DNA of 64,000 nucleotides from Dicyema japonicum (lineage: Eukaryota; Animalia; Dicyemida). The DNA lies in the NCBI GenBank assembly GCA_011109175.1, contig RDEW01000029.1:755472-819471 (forward strand), in the 5' to 3' direction. A program made the position numbers and the translations under genes. A model generated the notes under the pieces. The model did no database searches, was not told where the DNA came from, and worked only from the letters and a program-made list of their open reading frames with translations. Of this stretch, positions 1 to 12,299 are shown piece after piece. Within the stretch, counting starts at the first letter, position 1, and the number at the start of each line of letters is the position of its first letter.

Positions 1-171
1 TCGAAATAACTTATTTGTTGAATAACAAAATAATAGCAGAATAGGTTGTGCTCAAACACATTATTTCCATATGTATTCTTAACAGGACATTCACAAAAAA
101 CTAAAAAATATCAAAATAAAATAACCAGAAATGATTAAAACAAAAAGGTTATACATAATTGGGCCAAACAT
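1..171 (-). CDS. 5' part of a C-type lectin domain receptor gene (copy A); continues beyond the left edge
   Basis: Removing the 25-nt GT-AG intron at 101-125 gives M(FGPIM)YNLFVLIISVFCECPVKNTYGNNVFEHNLFCYYFVIQQISYF, a signal peptide plus the CTLD start. It differs from 38408-38647 at only 3 of 240 positions. Confidence 0.8.
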
Positions 172-240
172 TTAGGTATTATTTATTTTATGAAAATTAT
201 TCATTATTTTTATTTTTAATTACAATTTTATTAAAAAATT

Positions 241-1435
241 ACGTGTCTGTTGGCGGTTGTTGTTGCGATTATCGTTCCCACTTCGAGGAAAAAGGTACCA
301 GCAAAGTCAACTGAGATGTGTTCGTCTTGTCGGCTTGTCAGAACTCGGAAGCGTGGGATTTCCTGCTCTGCTTGTGAAGATTTTTTCTACCTCGGGTGTA
401 TCAAGTTATCCCAAGCCTCAACGAGCGTGCTTGGAGTATGGCACTGCCAGTCATACCTTGGCCTAAGCAGGGAGGTTCCCCCTGCCCGCGCCAATGTTAA
501 CTCTCCCGTTAATTGCCAATCAACCACTGACCCTGAAATGTTCCTACGCCTCATCTCTGAGTTACTTTCTTCCCGGACTATCCCTGTGAGGATTCCCAAG
601 GCCGTACGATCTGTCGCTGCGGAGGCTCTTTCCAAAACGACCGAAGACGCCATCCGAACTAACGCAGTACTTGATTGGATACGCTTATTTAGTTTTGAGC
701 CTTATGCTTGATCGAGATGGTCACGGAAGGTAGTCTCTCGCTAGTACCATGAGGACCAACATTCGTTCTTTTTTGGGAGCTATCCATATCCCCAGTTGTC
801 CTATGGCTTTTAACCATACGAAAGAAATACGTGATCAAAACGAGGAAGTCGAAGTGCTCAGTCTCAAGAGAACTGTCCGGTTGAAGTTAATAGAAGGTGG
901 CACCCGCGCAGCCATCAGGGCACTTTCCTCAAATGGACCACGAAAACCGACTCCAGACGCATACAATAGTTTATTGACCAAACATCCTCTGCCACCCCAA
1001 AACTTACGCCCAGTGGCTCCCCCATCCGGAGTTAGTCCCTAATTGCATCAGACAATGAAGTTTTCCTCGCAATACGGAATTTTGCCCCTAGTAGCAGTGG
1101 TGGGCTCGACGGATGAGACCTGGCTACCTGAAGGATCTACCTCTTTGTCCGTAAGAGACCAGGGACTTAGTCTTACGAATTAAATTACTTCACTTATGAA
1201 CTGGATAATGTCTGGAGTTCTTCCCGAAGTTATCCGCCATGTCATGTTCTCAGCCAATTTGATAGTCTTTGATAAGAAGGAGGCGGAGTACGACCAGTTG
1301 AGGTCGGTTTGTCTTCAGATGATTGGCTGCCAAAATTGCCTCCAGACATTCTATTCCACTCGTCACAAAATTCTTGAACCCCCCTCAAATAGGTGTCTGT
1401 TTTCGCTTGGGATGCGAAACCACTGTCCATTCAGT
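241..1435 (+). mobile_element. PHD-finger CRE-clade non-LTR retrotransposon, 5' half, decayed (copy A)
   Basis: Degenerate PHD (CSSC..CSAC..FYLGC..WHC), then IPVRIPKAVR..WIRLFSF, the GLDG..PGYLKDL region and the RT start, all homologous to the element at 34151-37281. Stops and frameshifts present. Confidence 0.85.
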
Positions 1436-2390
1436 GACCAATAAATCACATATTCAGAATGGGCCGATGGAGCGGAGTGCTACACGGGAACTTAAGCAGA
1501 GCAAGGCAGCAGTTTCCGAGACGGTATCTCGGGAGTTAAGTGAAATAATCGTACATCTGGACAAGCTATGTACACTACTGAAAGTGGATTTACGAAATAT
1601 GGTGGACCTGGCTGTGAAAAGCGGAGGCCACCAACAAAAACTATGAAAAAGTATTTAAAAATAGTGCTGTGAATGCCCGCTCCTTGGTGAAAAAGCATGA
1701 TGAACTAGCTCTACTTGCGAAGAATGCCAAGGTTGATGTCTTGGTAGTCAACGAGACGAAAATTAAACACGTAAGATATTATAGTATGGAAGGATATGAC
1801 TCGGTGGACATCTCGTGGAAGGATAAAGCAGTGGCTGGGACTTTTTCCTTAAAGAATTGCAAATACGAAACGATTCTATTTTATTGGCCGCCGATTCGGA
1901 ATTTGTGTTTGTCGATGTATAATGTGGATGGACGTGGATAAGTGTGGGAGGATTATCCTCTAAGGACTTGGCCCGATCTTCTGCGAAAATTGTTGAGTTC
2001 TTTGAAAGAACCCTGATGTCGATCTTGGTAGGTGACCTAAATGCTAATATTACGAGTTACAGATGTTGCAAATCAACGGGGATGGGCGACTCCTAGCAGA
2101 TCTGGAGCGAAGTTTGAGATGGAGTCTTGACGTCTGAGAAACCTAACCATTTCTCACACTATGACGGTGATATGCTGGGATTGGTCCTAGTGTCTCCACA
2201 ACTTCTAGATCATGTGGACAGAGCAAGAATACTGTGTGATATAGGGAGCGATCAATTCCCACAGAAGGTGATTATAAACCAGGAGCCGAATATTGTTGAA
2301 GATATTTTCATAAATTATGATACCTCGTCGATAGACTGGGGAGATTATCGTTGTTATTTGTCGAAGACCTTACAAATGAGGACTAATTCC
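1436..2390 (+). mobile_element. I/Jockey-type LINE fragment (ORF1 tail plus APE endonuclease)
   Basis: KIVL-NARSLVKKHDEL..DVLVVNETK, LVGDLN and DIGSD(Q) motifs. Paralogous to 39836-40790. Confidence 0.8.
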
Positions 2391-2780
2391 TATTCTAGCC
2401 TCCTCAGGCATGTTCGATTCTGGTTGCTAAAACAACTCCGAAAGGGCCTTGTCCAATTGAACCCTCTGCCCATATGGCATCTCAGGGCTCTGCTTCCTAT
2501 CTCCAGTGTCAGGCTCTCTAGGGTCCGCTTTAACACAATGGACTGTAGATAGGCCTGGAACTTCCTATCTACCCCAAACTTCTTCAGATAACCCTTGTGG
2601 TACTTTGTTGCAATTCCTTCCCACATCATTACTATAGGAATAACGAGGACCTTGCAACCAAGAATCTGCCCCATCTCGTTTGCAAAAAAGTTATACTTCC
2701 TTTTTTTCTCCACCTCCACATTCTGCAAACGGTCTTGAAACGTAATGCCTACCTCTATGATAAGGAACATTTTTTGGAAT
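2390..2780 (-). mobile_element. C-terminal restriction-like endonuclease domain of an R4/Dong-like non-LTR element
   Basis: ORF 2390..2770, IIEVGITFQDRLQNVEVEKKRKY..KVLVIPIVMMWEG, is a typical RLE tail (E-V-x-I, K-x-x-K-Y). Confidence 0.7.
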
Positions 2781-3489
2781 ATTATAGATTTTAATATTTT
2801 TTCTATGTGCGTGCTTGACAGTGTGATAGAGAAAATTTTTAAATTTGAGGTTTTTTTCTAGAAATAAAGATCTTAATTATCAAAAATGGTAAAATTAAAA
2901 TATATTTTGCCATTTCTGGATTCTCATTTCTTTTTGTCATTCAAACCATCTCCAAAACCATCTCCGTTCGAAGATCCTTGAATTGTATCACATTTGCATT
3001 ACGATTCTGTTGACGACTCCTTTACCAAATCTCCTACCCTCTTCAGAAGTAATAAATTTGTCATCAATTGTCTGGTATTTAACTTAAGACTGGAAATTAA
3101 TTATACCCTTTTTTCTCAATCACCCTAGGCTGAATCATTTTTAAGAAATGACATCAGCACTTCAGCAAAAATTATACTCTTACTTACTTTAACATTCTAT
3201 GGTTATTATAGAACCCATCAAGAGACAGGAAGCATTTCAACAAACGATTGCGATCGCAAGGCGTTTACGGAACCATCAATCGTTCACATAAATACCCTTT
3301 GTCTTTTGGCAGTGGTGTGTGATTTGTTATTCTATAGTAATCCTATTATGGACTAGAAGTAATCTAACTTGCAAGCCGCTTGTTCCTTAACAAGTTGTCC
3401 GTATTTTTCAATTTTTATTCGAAAAGTTGACCAAATAGGAAGCACAATGTCTCAGACTACAACTTTATATGTCGTTAAAACATGAATAC

Positions 3490-3660
3490 CTAGGGTTCTG
3501 CTTGTGTCGTGCTCTTCACTATCTGTTTTACCAGTTTTCTCCATGTTACTTTCGTTCTCGCATGTCTCCGCAGTTCATTGATGAATCCATGCATAAAGTC
3601 TCCGTTTAGGGTTCGAAGTGAGTCCTTGAGAGTTGCAATAGTGAACGTGGGGAAATAGAC
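3490..3660 (-). mobile_element. RTE-type LINE 3' fragment
   Basis: TIATLKDSLRTLN..ELRRHARTKVTWRKLV matches the RTE C-terminus; similar to 23470-23570. Confidence 0.6.
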
Positions 3661-3749
3661 AGACTGAGAGTACGATAAAGATATTAGAGAGGTGTCAACT
3701 AATCAACCAGCAGATATTGGGTTTATTTATTTAACAAAAAGTCCGTTCT

Positions 3750-4069
3750 ATCAGGTGGCTTAGTGGTTAGGTGTCGGGCTTAAGTGGCTTAGGCTACGGG
3801 TTCGAATTTTGCTGCTGTTCACCTGGTAGAAGTTTCCACGCATCTACGATGCAGAAAGGGTTTGACGAGTGACGCCGTCATCAGTGAATACTCACTGCGG
3901 AACTGGATTGTCTAGAAAGGACACTCACAAAAGAAAAAGAAAAAAAAAGAAGTGAAGATCATTCCTTGGTTCTACGATTAGTTAAAATTAACTGTTCTTT
4001 ACTTAAATAAAGTGTGTGTCCTGCCTATGCGGAGCTATAAATACTATGGCTCTCGTGAAAAGGCTTTAA
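3750..4069 (+). mobile_element. tRNA-derived SINE, family A, copy 1, with 14-bp TSD
   Basis: A box tggcttagtgg, B box ggttcgaat, core gggtttgacgagtgacgccgtcat. TSD aaaaagtccgttct at 3736-3749 and 4070-4083. Near-identical copy at 32016. Confidence 0.9.
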
Positions 4070-4639
4070 AAAAAGTCCGTTCTGAGGATATGTTCAATTA
4101 GATTTATTTTAGGCTGAACACAATTTAAATTATTTTGGTAGAGATCGTCTTTTCTCTAAATTAAAAACTAAACTATATGGTGTAACGGAGACTTAAATCC
4201 CTGGGATAATACGAAAGTGTGCTTTTTGTCAATCAAAACGTCTCTTGTCAACAAAACCACCGATTACTCCCATATTCGCTGATCGCATAAATCTCAGTAC
4301 ATAATCGTCTGAAACGACTCCAGACTTTAAATAATTGAATAATTTTTTAATCTCTCTTTTCTTTCCTTAATAAAATTTCAAATTTAAAAAATTTTTTTTA
4401 AAAGTTAAACATTTCATATTAGGTATACGAAGAATATGGAAGCAAAGTATAGGAATTAACGGGTAGGGGCAAATTCTTATACGTGCGTACATACGACGAT
4501 AATTTTAAATTCTCGCTTAGTCATCGTAAATTTTAATTAAATAAATTAAACATTTCGCTAATAAGTAAATTTAGGTTTAGGGATTAAATTTTATTAATTT
4601 TATTTAATTCATATTTTTTTATTCAACAAATAAATTTAT

Positions 4640-4710
4640 TTAGACAATAATTAGAACGACAGAATGGCAAAGGCTTTACCTCTGATAATAAAAGATCGTT
4701 TCTAAACGAA
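4640..4710 (-). mobile_element. CRE 3' tip (5'-truncated)
   Basis: Reverse strand encodes IRGKAFAILSF*, homologous to the CRE C-terminal RGNAHAIMTS*. Confidence 0.55.
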
Positions 4711-4739
4711 TAGAAAAACGTGGCGTCATGTGGTCTACC

Positions 4740-7500
4740 AGTTATGAAAGTTCTGGAGGCGCTCAGGAAGCACTTAATGCACCGCGGAAAAGGACCATTA
4801 ACTACCTCTCATCCGAAGAAGGACTCTTCGGACGACGGTCTCTTCCCTTTCTTAACCCCCCTCGGTTGAATGGGTCTCTGATAATTTCGCCAGTGACTTG
4901 AACTTAATCCAGGTCCTCCACTCTCAATTCTGCAGATAAACATCAACGGAATCAAAAGCAAAATTCTCGAACTACGGTCTTTCATTAAAAACAGAACATT
5001 GACCTGATTTTACTTCAAGAAAACAGACTTACTCCATCATCACCTACCCACATTTTCCAGGATACCACTGCATCCGCCTGGACCGCTCAAATCGTCGTGG
5101 TGGGGGTCTCCTCATCATTATAAGAGATAACATCTCAGCGAAACTACAATCACTAATAAACGATGGGACCACGGAAATATCTGGGATATCAATTACAAGT
5201 GGATTCGGGACTCTCAACATTACAAATCTACGTCCCCCTCCATCTTCTTGCCCAAAAGGATTCTCTCTAAACCTAACCAAGTTAAACAAGCTCGGAAACC
5301 TGATATTGTGTGGAGATTTTAATGCTAAACATCCAGCCTGTTAAAATCACATCCAGCAGACTCAAGAGGATTATCTTTATTAAACCAACTCACCTCTCTG
5401 ACTATCCTCAACAACCCCAGGAAGCACACTAGGACTCCTTACAAGGAAAACGAAGCTTCAACGTCCCCAGACATTACCTTCTGTTCCCCAAACCTTGTAC
5501 CGGACACATCTTGGACGGTGCATTATGGATTATCTTCCGACCACAATCCAATCATTAAAAAAGTTCTTTACCACAGAAAAGAGACTGTTTCATTTTTCAA
5601 CTATAAAAAAGCAAACTAGAATGACTATTCAAATTACACAAGCTCTAGTAAACTTTGATATGATGATATTCCCATCAATAGATAAAGCTATTGACTTTCT
5701 AAACAAAACTATTCTCATGGCGCGGAGAACATTCATTCCGCGTGGATCATTTAAATTCTACAATGAAACACTTGATCAGAACACCAAATTATTAATTAAA
5801 GAAAGGAATCGCCTAAAAAGACATGTAGCTTCCTTTCCCGGAGAGAAAAAGTCAAACAAAAACTCTCAATGACGAAATATCTAAAAGGATTAGAAAACTG
5901 AAGCCAACAGATGGGACAAACTAGTATCTTATCTTCCATTTCAGAATTCTGCTCAGACGATATAGAGAGAAATTAAACAATTTGGCCCAAAAGGAAATTT
6001 TAAAAGACAACAGACGGATCAGCAGTCTTAACAAGCTCATAAAATATTACGTCAATATAAGCCACAAACCTTTAAGGAAAATGGATGGCCTTCTTTATCC
6101 TCAATAAGACCGAAGAGAACACAGCCGATTAATTTTATCTCTCATTCAGATGTCAGTGAGAGTTTGAAGAGGATGAATTCTTCCTCTCATGTGGGCCAGA
6201 TTCTATCCCTGGTATTTTATTAAAACACCTTGGACCTATTGCGATTGATGCAATCACAGTGATTTTCAACTATTCAATAAACATGAATACAATTCCAAAT
6301 ATCTGGAAACTGTCCTATATACGCCCAATTCTTAAGCCTGGAAGCCTAAAACAATCCTGCATCATTTCGACCAATCTCTTTACTATGCACCTTATCAAAG
6401 TTATTGGAAAAATTGATTCTTAAACTTATAACCCTGTCCCTTCCTTTTTCGTCCTCACAACATGGATTGAGAAAGGGTCATTCAACTTCTACCCACCTAA
6501 CTTCCCTCAACCAATTTATCATTGAAGGCTTTAACACAACTCGTCGTCACTCAAAACAGTCGTTTGCGCGATCTATTAACAAAAGACTTTCGACTCTGTC
6601 TCAAAAAAAATCCTAACCCGGAAATTGTTGTTCTCCCGTCAACTCCAATATAAAACTTTGGCTGGCTAACTTCATCAATGGAAAAAGGCCCGGGTATACA
6701 TGGATGGGACCAAATCCGTTTTAAAATTACTACTCAATAGTGTCCTACAAGGTTCCTCTTTAGCACCAGACTTATTTAACTTATACAAGTCCGATTTAAA
6801 ACAACCCGATAATAAAGACAATTTCATCTGATTATATACTGACGACTTATTTATTGGATACCGTGATCAAAATATTCCAAAGGCATCAGCAATACTACAA
6901 GAATACCTTCACAAGATTCAAACTTGGCTAAATTATAATGGATATTTTTATCAACCAGACAAAAATACCTTTTACGAAGAAACTGAAAATCTTCGGGATC
7001 ACCTTCGACACACACATGTCTTTTCATCTCACGTCGACGGTATCTCTGGAAGCTGCTCAAGAAAGCTAGGGATAATAAAAACTATTTTCGGTGGCATTAA
7101 AACCCCTTTCCCAGCTTTGAAATTGTTGTACAAACAATTCATTGAGCCTTCTGTCAGCTATGTCTGTACGTCATAGGGAATCAATCTGTCATGGACGAAC
7201 AAACAAAGAATCCGGGACATTCAGGCCTTAACAGCCATTAATATTAGTAATCTCGGAAACTAAAAAAACTAATACCCTCATCACTTGAAGACCTTATCCG
7301 ACAAAATGGAAAAGATTTGCTACCCTGTGCAAGCAGTGTAACTCTCAACAATACACAGCTACGACGTGTCTCATGAGAAGGGTATACATCACCCCTCTCC
7401 AACTCCTATTCCCGAAACCACCCCGCCCACAGAGAAGTGTGTTGGATCCCAGAAGGCGCACGAGGAGAAAATGGAATTCTGATTGAGGCCTACGAGATCA
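4740..7500 (+). mobile_element. I/Jockey/Ingi-like APE-RT LINE, decayed, with 2A-like motif
   Basis: ELNPGP directly before LSILQININGI (APE start), LILLQE, CGDFNAKH, SDH, FRPISLLCTLSKLLE, QGSSLAP and YTDD; ends with the family 3' motif gatcacttaatta. Confidence 0.85.
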
Positions 7501-7539
7501 CTTAATTAATTTAGTAATTAAATTAACTATTGGTGTTCT

Positions 7540-7620
7540 TGGGTTAATAATAATAATTAGGACGACAGAATGGCGAAGGCGTTACCTCCGATAATCGCCA
7601 TTTCGAGCCTCTGCCTAAAC
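7540..7620 (-). mobile_element. CRE 3' tip (5'-truncated)
   Basis: Reverse strand RQRLEMAIIGGNAFAILSS*, compared with RQRLEMAVIRGNAHAIMTS* at 49113. Confidence 0.75.
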
Positions 7621-7649
7621 CACAGTCATTCCCGTGGCTCGTAGTGGAA

Positions 7650-8445
7650 CGTGGAGCACGTTGTGGTCGTTGTGGTGCCAAGAAGAAAGAAAAAAAGAAG
7701 AGAAAAAGAAAGGAAAATTAGAATAGAAAATACAGAAACCTAATCAGGCTAAGTCTGACTCTGCTCACTGCCATGCTATGGATTAAGCTATACTTAAAGA
7801 ATTACTACTTATACCTGCGAGATCAAAAGAGCTGTGTGAGTCTTGCGGATATCGCAACGCGAGAAGCAAGGTTGGAATTGTACATCTTGCAGGCGATATT
7901 TCCACCTCGGGTGAGTCCGAATGTCGAAATTGGCTGCGAGATCTCTTTAAAAATAGGACTGTGCATACTGTATGAATTCTGACCACGCTCAATGCAGCCA
8001 TCCGACTGAATTCAGTCATCTCTCTTACATTTATTTTGGACAAATCGAACCATTTTTGTTACGCCTATCCGAGAGTCGGAAAGGTAGACGGATTCCAATG
8101 AGAATACCAAAGGCAGCTCGAATTCCTGCTGCTGAATGCCTCACGTCATTAATTGATAAAGCTATCAGCACCAGCGACCAAGCCTCTTGGATACGTCTAC
8201 TGAGCTTTGCATCTACGAACCTTGGAATTTCTGCCTCAGAGCAAGCTCGCAACGGATCACTGGCCTTAAAAATCAAGAAGAATACTACTTCCATTTTGGT
8301 CATTTCAACGAAGCAATACTCTGGAATCGAGCCAGAGCAAGTACTTCGGTGCAAACAGTTGTCTACAGAAGCTGGGAGTAAACAGGAAGATTCTAAAGCA
8401 TTTCGAGAAATTATTTCGCCAAAAACGACCGAATCTGAATAGGAA
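7650..8445 (+). mobile_element. PHD-CRE 5' fragment (distinct subfamily)
   Basis: acgtg.. 5' end, frameshifted PHD (CESC..TSC..FHLG) and IPMRIPKAARIPAAECL..WIRLLSFA. Confidence 0.75.
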
Positions 8446-8739
8446 AACAAAATTTATCAGTAAAATTGATATTTTCAATTTTAATAGAAAAAATTGAAAT
8501 AAGGATTTTTTCAAAAGTCTAAGAAAATAAAAGACTGATACCTAAATTTGTAGAAAAATAAAATAAGTGAAATGAATATGGCAAGACAGTGAAATTTTAC
8601 TTATTGTAATATATGATGATGATCCGTGAATATTGTCCTTGTTGATCAACGTGATCGGACTCTGACGTGAAAAATGATAATTACAAATAGAATGGCAAAA
8701 CTCGTTAGGTGATAAGATTCACAAACAAATGATGTTTGT

Positions 8740-9450
8740 AGTTTACGTGGGAGTGACCGATGGTTGCGAGGTAGCAGTCCACGGATGTTCACCATGTTCT
8801 GAACACCGGATTGCCTTATTGTCGGCTGATGGGACTCTGAGACGATCGCGGAGTCAATACTGAATGTCAAATTCGATGATCTGGGCTGGACTATGTGCAA
8901 ACAATAGGCGAGAAATGGGGGCATTGGGTTGAGATCCCCCCTTGAAGCCCTGCCTGCCTACTTTTCATCCCTTGCGAGCTGTAGTCGCTTGGCCCAAGCA
9001 GTCCTACATAAAGCAACCGGACATACCTTGGACTCGGAGCTTGACAGAGTTTGCAAGTTGTGGGGTGAGTTGGACTTGGAATTCCCGTCGAACTTCGCTT
9101 GCCAGAAGAGTTGGGACTCAATTGCATGTATGAGCACTCTGGAGGCCGCGAAGAAAAGCGCCAACCAACACCGACTAGCAAGCATTAAGTCGGCGGCACA
9201 TCGCGGAAATGGAGTCTGGTCAGCAACCAGTACCTATACACTATCTGTAAATCTGAAAGCGGTTCATTTCGAGGCAGACCACGGACAACACTTCCTCTGA
9301 CTTTAAATAAAGACATAAAAAATGAAAAATGAGACGGGAAAATATTGATGACTTAGACGAACTCCAAAAATCGAAATCTCAAGAGGAGCGTGGAAGCGTC
9401 TGACGGCAAAGATTATCCGGGGTGCGGCACAAGCGACATCAATTGATTAA
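8740..9450 (+). mobile_element. Chimera: internally deleted CRE RT fragment joined to an RTE 3' end
   Basis: GCEVAVH and LRSP..LPAYFSSL..SWD (CRE) up to about 9230, then FRGRPRTTLPLTLNKD..DDLDEL..WKRL (RTE C-terminus). Confidence 0.7.
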
Positions 9451-10576
9451 CTCTCTTGTTGTTGGGAATTTGCATTATTATATATATTGTGGAGATTCGG
9501 CTATTCATATTAATGCTTATTTTCCAAAAGCTGGCACACGAGTCGTCCAACGAGGCGATTCTACTGTTCTTGGATGAAACTAAAATATTATAAACTTGAG
9601 AAAATATGAGAAGCATTTGGGTTCTCTTAAAGGAAGTGAATTTGCTTATGAGGATCAGCTTTTGCGAGGGTAGTTTTGTATTAGAGTAGGGGCAAGTGAT
9701 GGAAAAGTCTGACTATCTTCTGATTGAAGTCCTGGTATTAACATCCGGATTGTTAAGAATAACTACTAGGGCAGCCAATATATAGTCTCCCTGGCTGTCA
9801 GTTGGTTGAGACCGCAACCAATGAGGATTTGGCGCTCAAATCACCAGTTAAAATCAGGTCCTTTAATCTAAATACCCCTAAAAACAAAAATCGAATTTTT
9901 ACTTAATTTCCAAAAATAGAGGTCATTTATTTTCGCCTAAATGATTCACGACGAGTTTTTACTTATGCCATCAAAAGCATTGCTTTAGAAAGGATCAGTA
10001 ATCTGCCGTGGATGAATGCGAAACTTCTTAATCCCTGGAAACTAGAATTCATTTGGTGGCCTGCCTTATTAACACTATAAGACTGGTCAAATCTCATGGC
10101 AATGACTAATGGACAATTCAATCTGCTCTTTAAATATTTTGGAAACTCATCAAATCCCGCTCTTACTTTTTATTCTGTAGGCCAAGTTTAGTCATATTGA
10201 CCATGAATGATAATTTATTAGTAACAATTTAGGAGTAAAAGCTTCAAAAAATGTTATGCACGTGGAATACCGATATGAACCATCACTTCTAAATTACCAT
10301 AGATACCTGAAGTTTCTAAGAAATAGTCCTCACCTTCACCGAGAATGCAATAGAGCTTATACTTCCAACAGCTGAGGATGACATAAGTATCTTCAGGGTA
10401 TCTACGAGGAATGGTGGTTATTTTAAGTCCCCAGATTTAGGTTATCTTAATATTTGGCAACTAAATCCACAAATCCAGACGAAGAAGGAAATATTAACTA
10501 ACCAAATAAGAGACCCGATAACAGAATCCCGGAGAGCATGGAAAGACCTAGAGAAGAAAATGCCCATAATCTATTA
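9450..10576 (+). CDS. Candidate micro-intron gene, product unidentified, possibly 5'-truncated or decayed
   Basis: Runs of natural-looking open frames (e.g. TYAIKSIALERISNLPWMNAKLLNPWKLEFI, DWSNLMAMTNGQFNLLFKYFG) separated by short GT..AG segments. I could not build a fully consistent model. Confidence 0.35.
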
Positions 10577-10712
10577 GTCATGTGACTCCTCAGAGAAATT
10601 CTAATGGGGAAGGTAAAGTGGTCCTTTCTTGAAATTCCCACAAGCAACAAGCACGTGCCATAACAAAAATAGGGTAAATAAGTAATTAATTTATTAGTAA
10701 TCATCAAATTAG

Positions 10713-11210
10713 TCAATTAACGGCCTTATTAAGCTCTTCATAGCATATTCTAGCTATGGTAGCCTCTGCCCTTTCGGCGTCATCCTTAGCATTGCTTACA
10801 GCATGCTGGCTGTTTGTTAGTCCTTCTCTCACAGCATGCTTGTCGATGTCCTCTAGAGAGCACAGTTCCTCAGCCAAGATGCTAACAGCACCTGAGGCAG
10901 CGACTGTGAGACTTCCACTGCTTGCTAGAAAGTCAGAGACATTGATACCAAAATATTTGTGAACATCCCCAGTCTCAGTATAGACAGAAAGGACTCCAGG
11001 TCGGAGAACCCCTAAAAGTGGCACGTGCTCTGCTAGAATGCCAAGATCTCCGTCAAGAGTGCAAACATCAATTTGCTTAACATTATCACCATTAAAAAAT
11101 GTCTATTTTATAGTAGAAGGTATTACTTGAGTGGGAGTGCTCAAAGTAAAGGCCATTTGACTGGCTCGGCGAAATGACTGGCGGAAGAGACTTTGAGCCA
11201 AAGAAAGCAT
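10713..11210 (-). CDS. ATP5F1D: Mitochondrial ATP synthase F1 subunit delta
   Basis: Two 24-nt GT-AG introns (11103-11126, 10925-10948) give MLSLAQ..MAFTLSTPTQ|TFFNGDNVKQIDV..GDLGILAEHVPLLGVLRPG..KYFA|SSGSLTV..ILAEE..ERAEA..*, collinear with animal delta subunits. Confidence 0.95.
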
Positions 11211-11339
11211 TGCCACAACTAACGATTTTTAAATAGTTTTGTATATTTTAATAGTTTACTTTATTTTAAGAAATTTATTTAAAATAATTATTTGAAAAGC
11301 CGATATTGTAAGCAAAGTTTCTCAGTTTAACACATGGTT

Positions 11340-12230
11340 TCAATGAGAAAATTCACTTAATGACGGTTCAATAAATATACAAAATGTTATCGACTCTGTT
11401 TCGAGCTTCTTCTGACGAAAAAGATCTTCATGTCCATTGTTCATCCGAACATAAGCTATGGATGGAGAATTTTCATTCGTGGCCATGTAGTAGTGCATGT
11501 TTAATGAAACAAATTCAATATTACGTTTACTCCCTAACATGGTTACACGAAGATCTACTCTGTCTCCTATTCTTCTACACTAAATGTCAACTATTTATGA
11601 CCATATTTCAATGATACGCGTATATCTTACTATAACTGCTAGGTGGTGGTTCAACATCTTTACCACGTGTTTGATTTCCATCAATATGCTATCTGTATTG
11701 GCATCACTCAGTTTAAATTCATCACGAATATGAGAGTGAACATGAGTCATTCCTTGGGGATGTCTGTATTCCATTTATAAGATATCGAAGACATCGTAAT
11801 GACACTTACTCATCACAATGAGGAAGTCACGAGTAGGGGACTTCAGGAGATAAATGTTTTGAAGGCTATTAAACAAATGAGCCTCATGCCTGATGTAGCC
11901 TGTATCAACGGCTTCATCATCATCACCATCGAATACATTTGTTCCGAATAAAGATTTACCCTTTCCGTTTCTAGAATTTAGAATGTCAACTCACTTTGGC
12001 GTTCTTTTAAAAGAACATCAATTGCCAGTCTTCTATAGAGGCTTAGACCAAAAACAATGGCCTAGTGAGAAAAATTTGAGTGTGACTAGTCCATCTAAAG
12101 AAACCAATAATTGAGGATTTCAGAATAGTGAACATTTGCATTCTACTAGGGAACACGATCTTTCATGATCTTTCGTTTATAAAGGTTTTTTTATATGTTA
12201 CTGGTCCACAAAAACTTATAGGTTTCATCC
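11340..12230 (-). CDS. Candidate micro-intron gene, product unidentified
   Basis: Plausible introns (gtgagttgacattctaaattctag, gtaaagatgttgaaccaccacctag) flank open frames such as GKGKSLFGTNVFDGDDDEAVDTGYIRHEAHLF. Model incomplete. Confidence 0.4.
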
Positions 12231-12299
12231 TAGAAAATCAGTAAGAAATCGACTCTACATCTGATTTAGAGGATAAATAAATTCTGTTTAGAGGATTAA

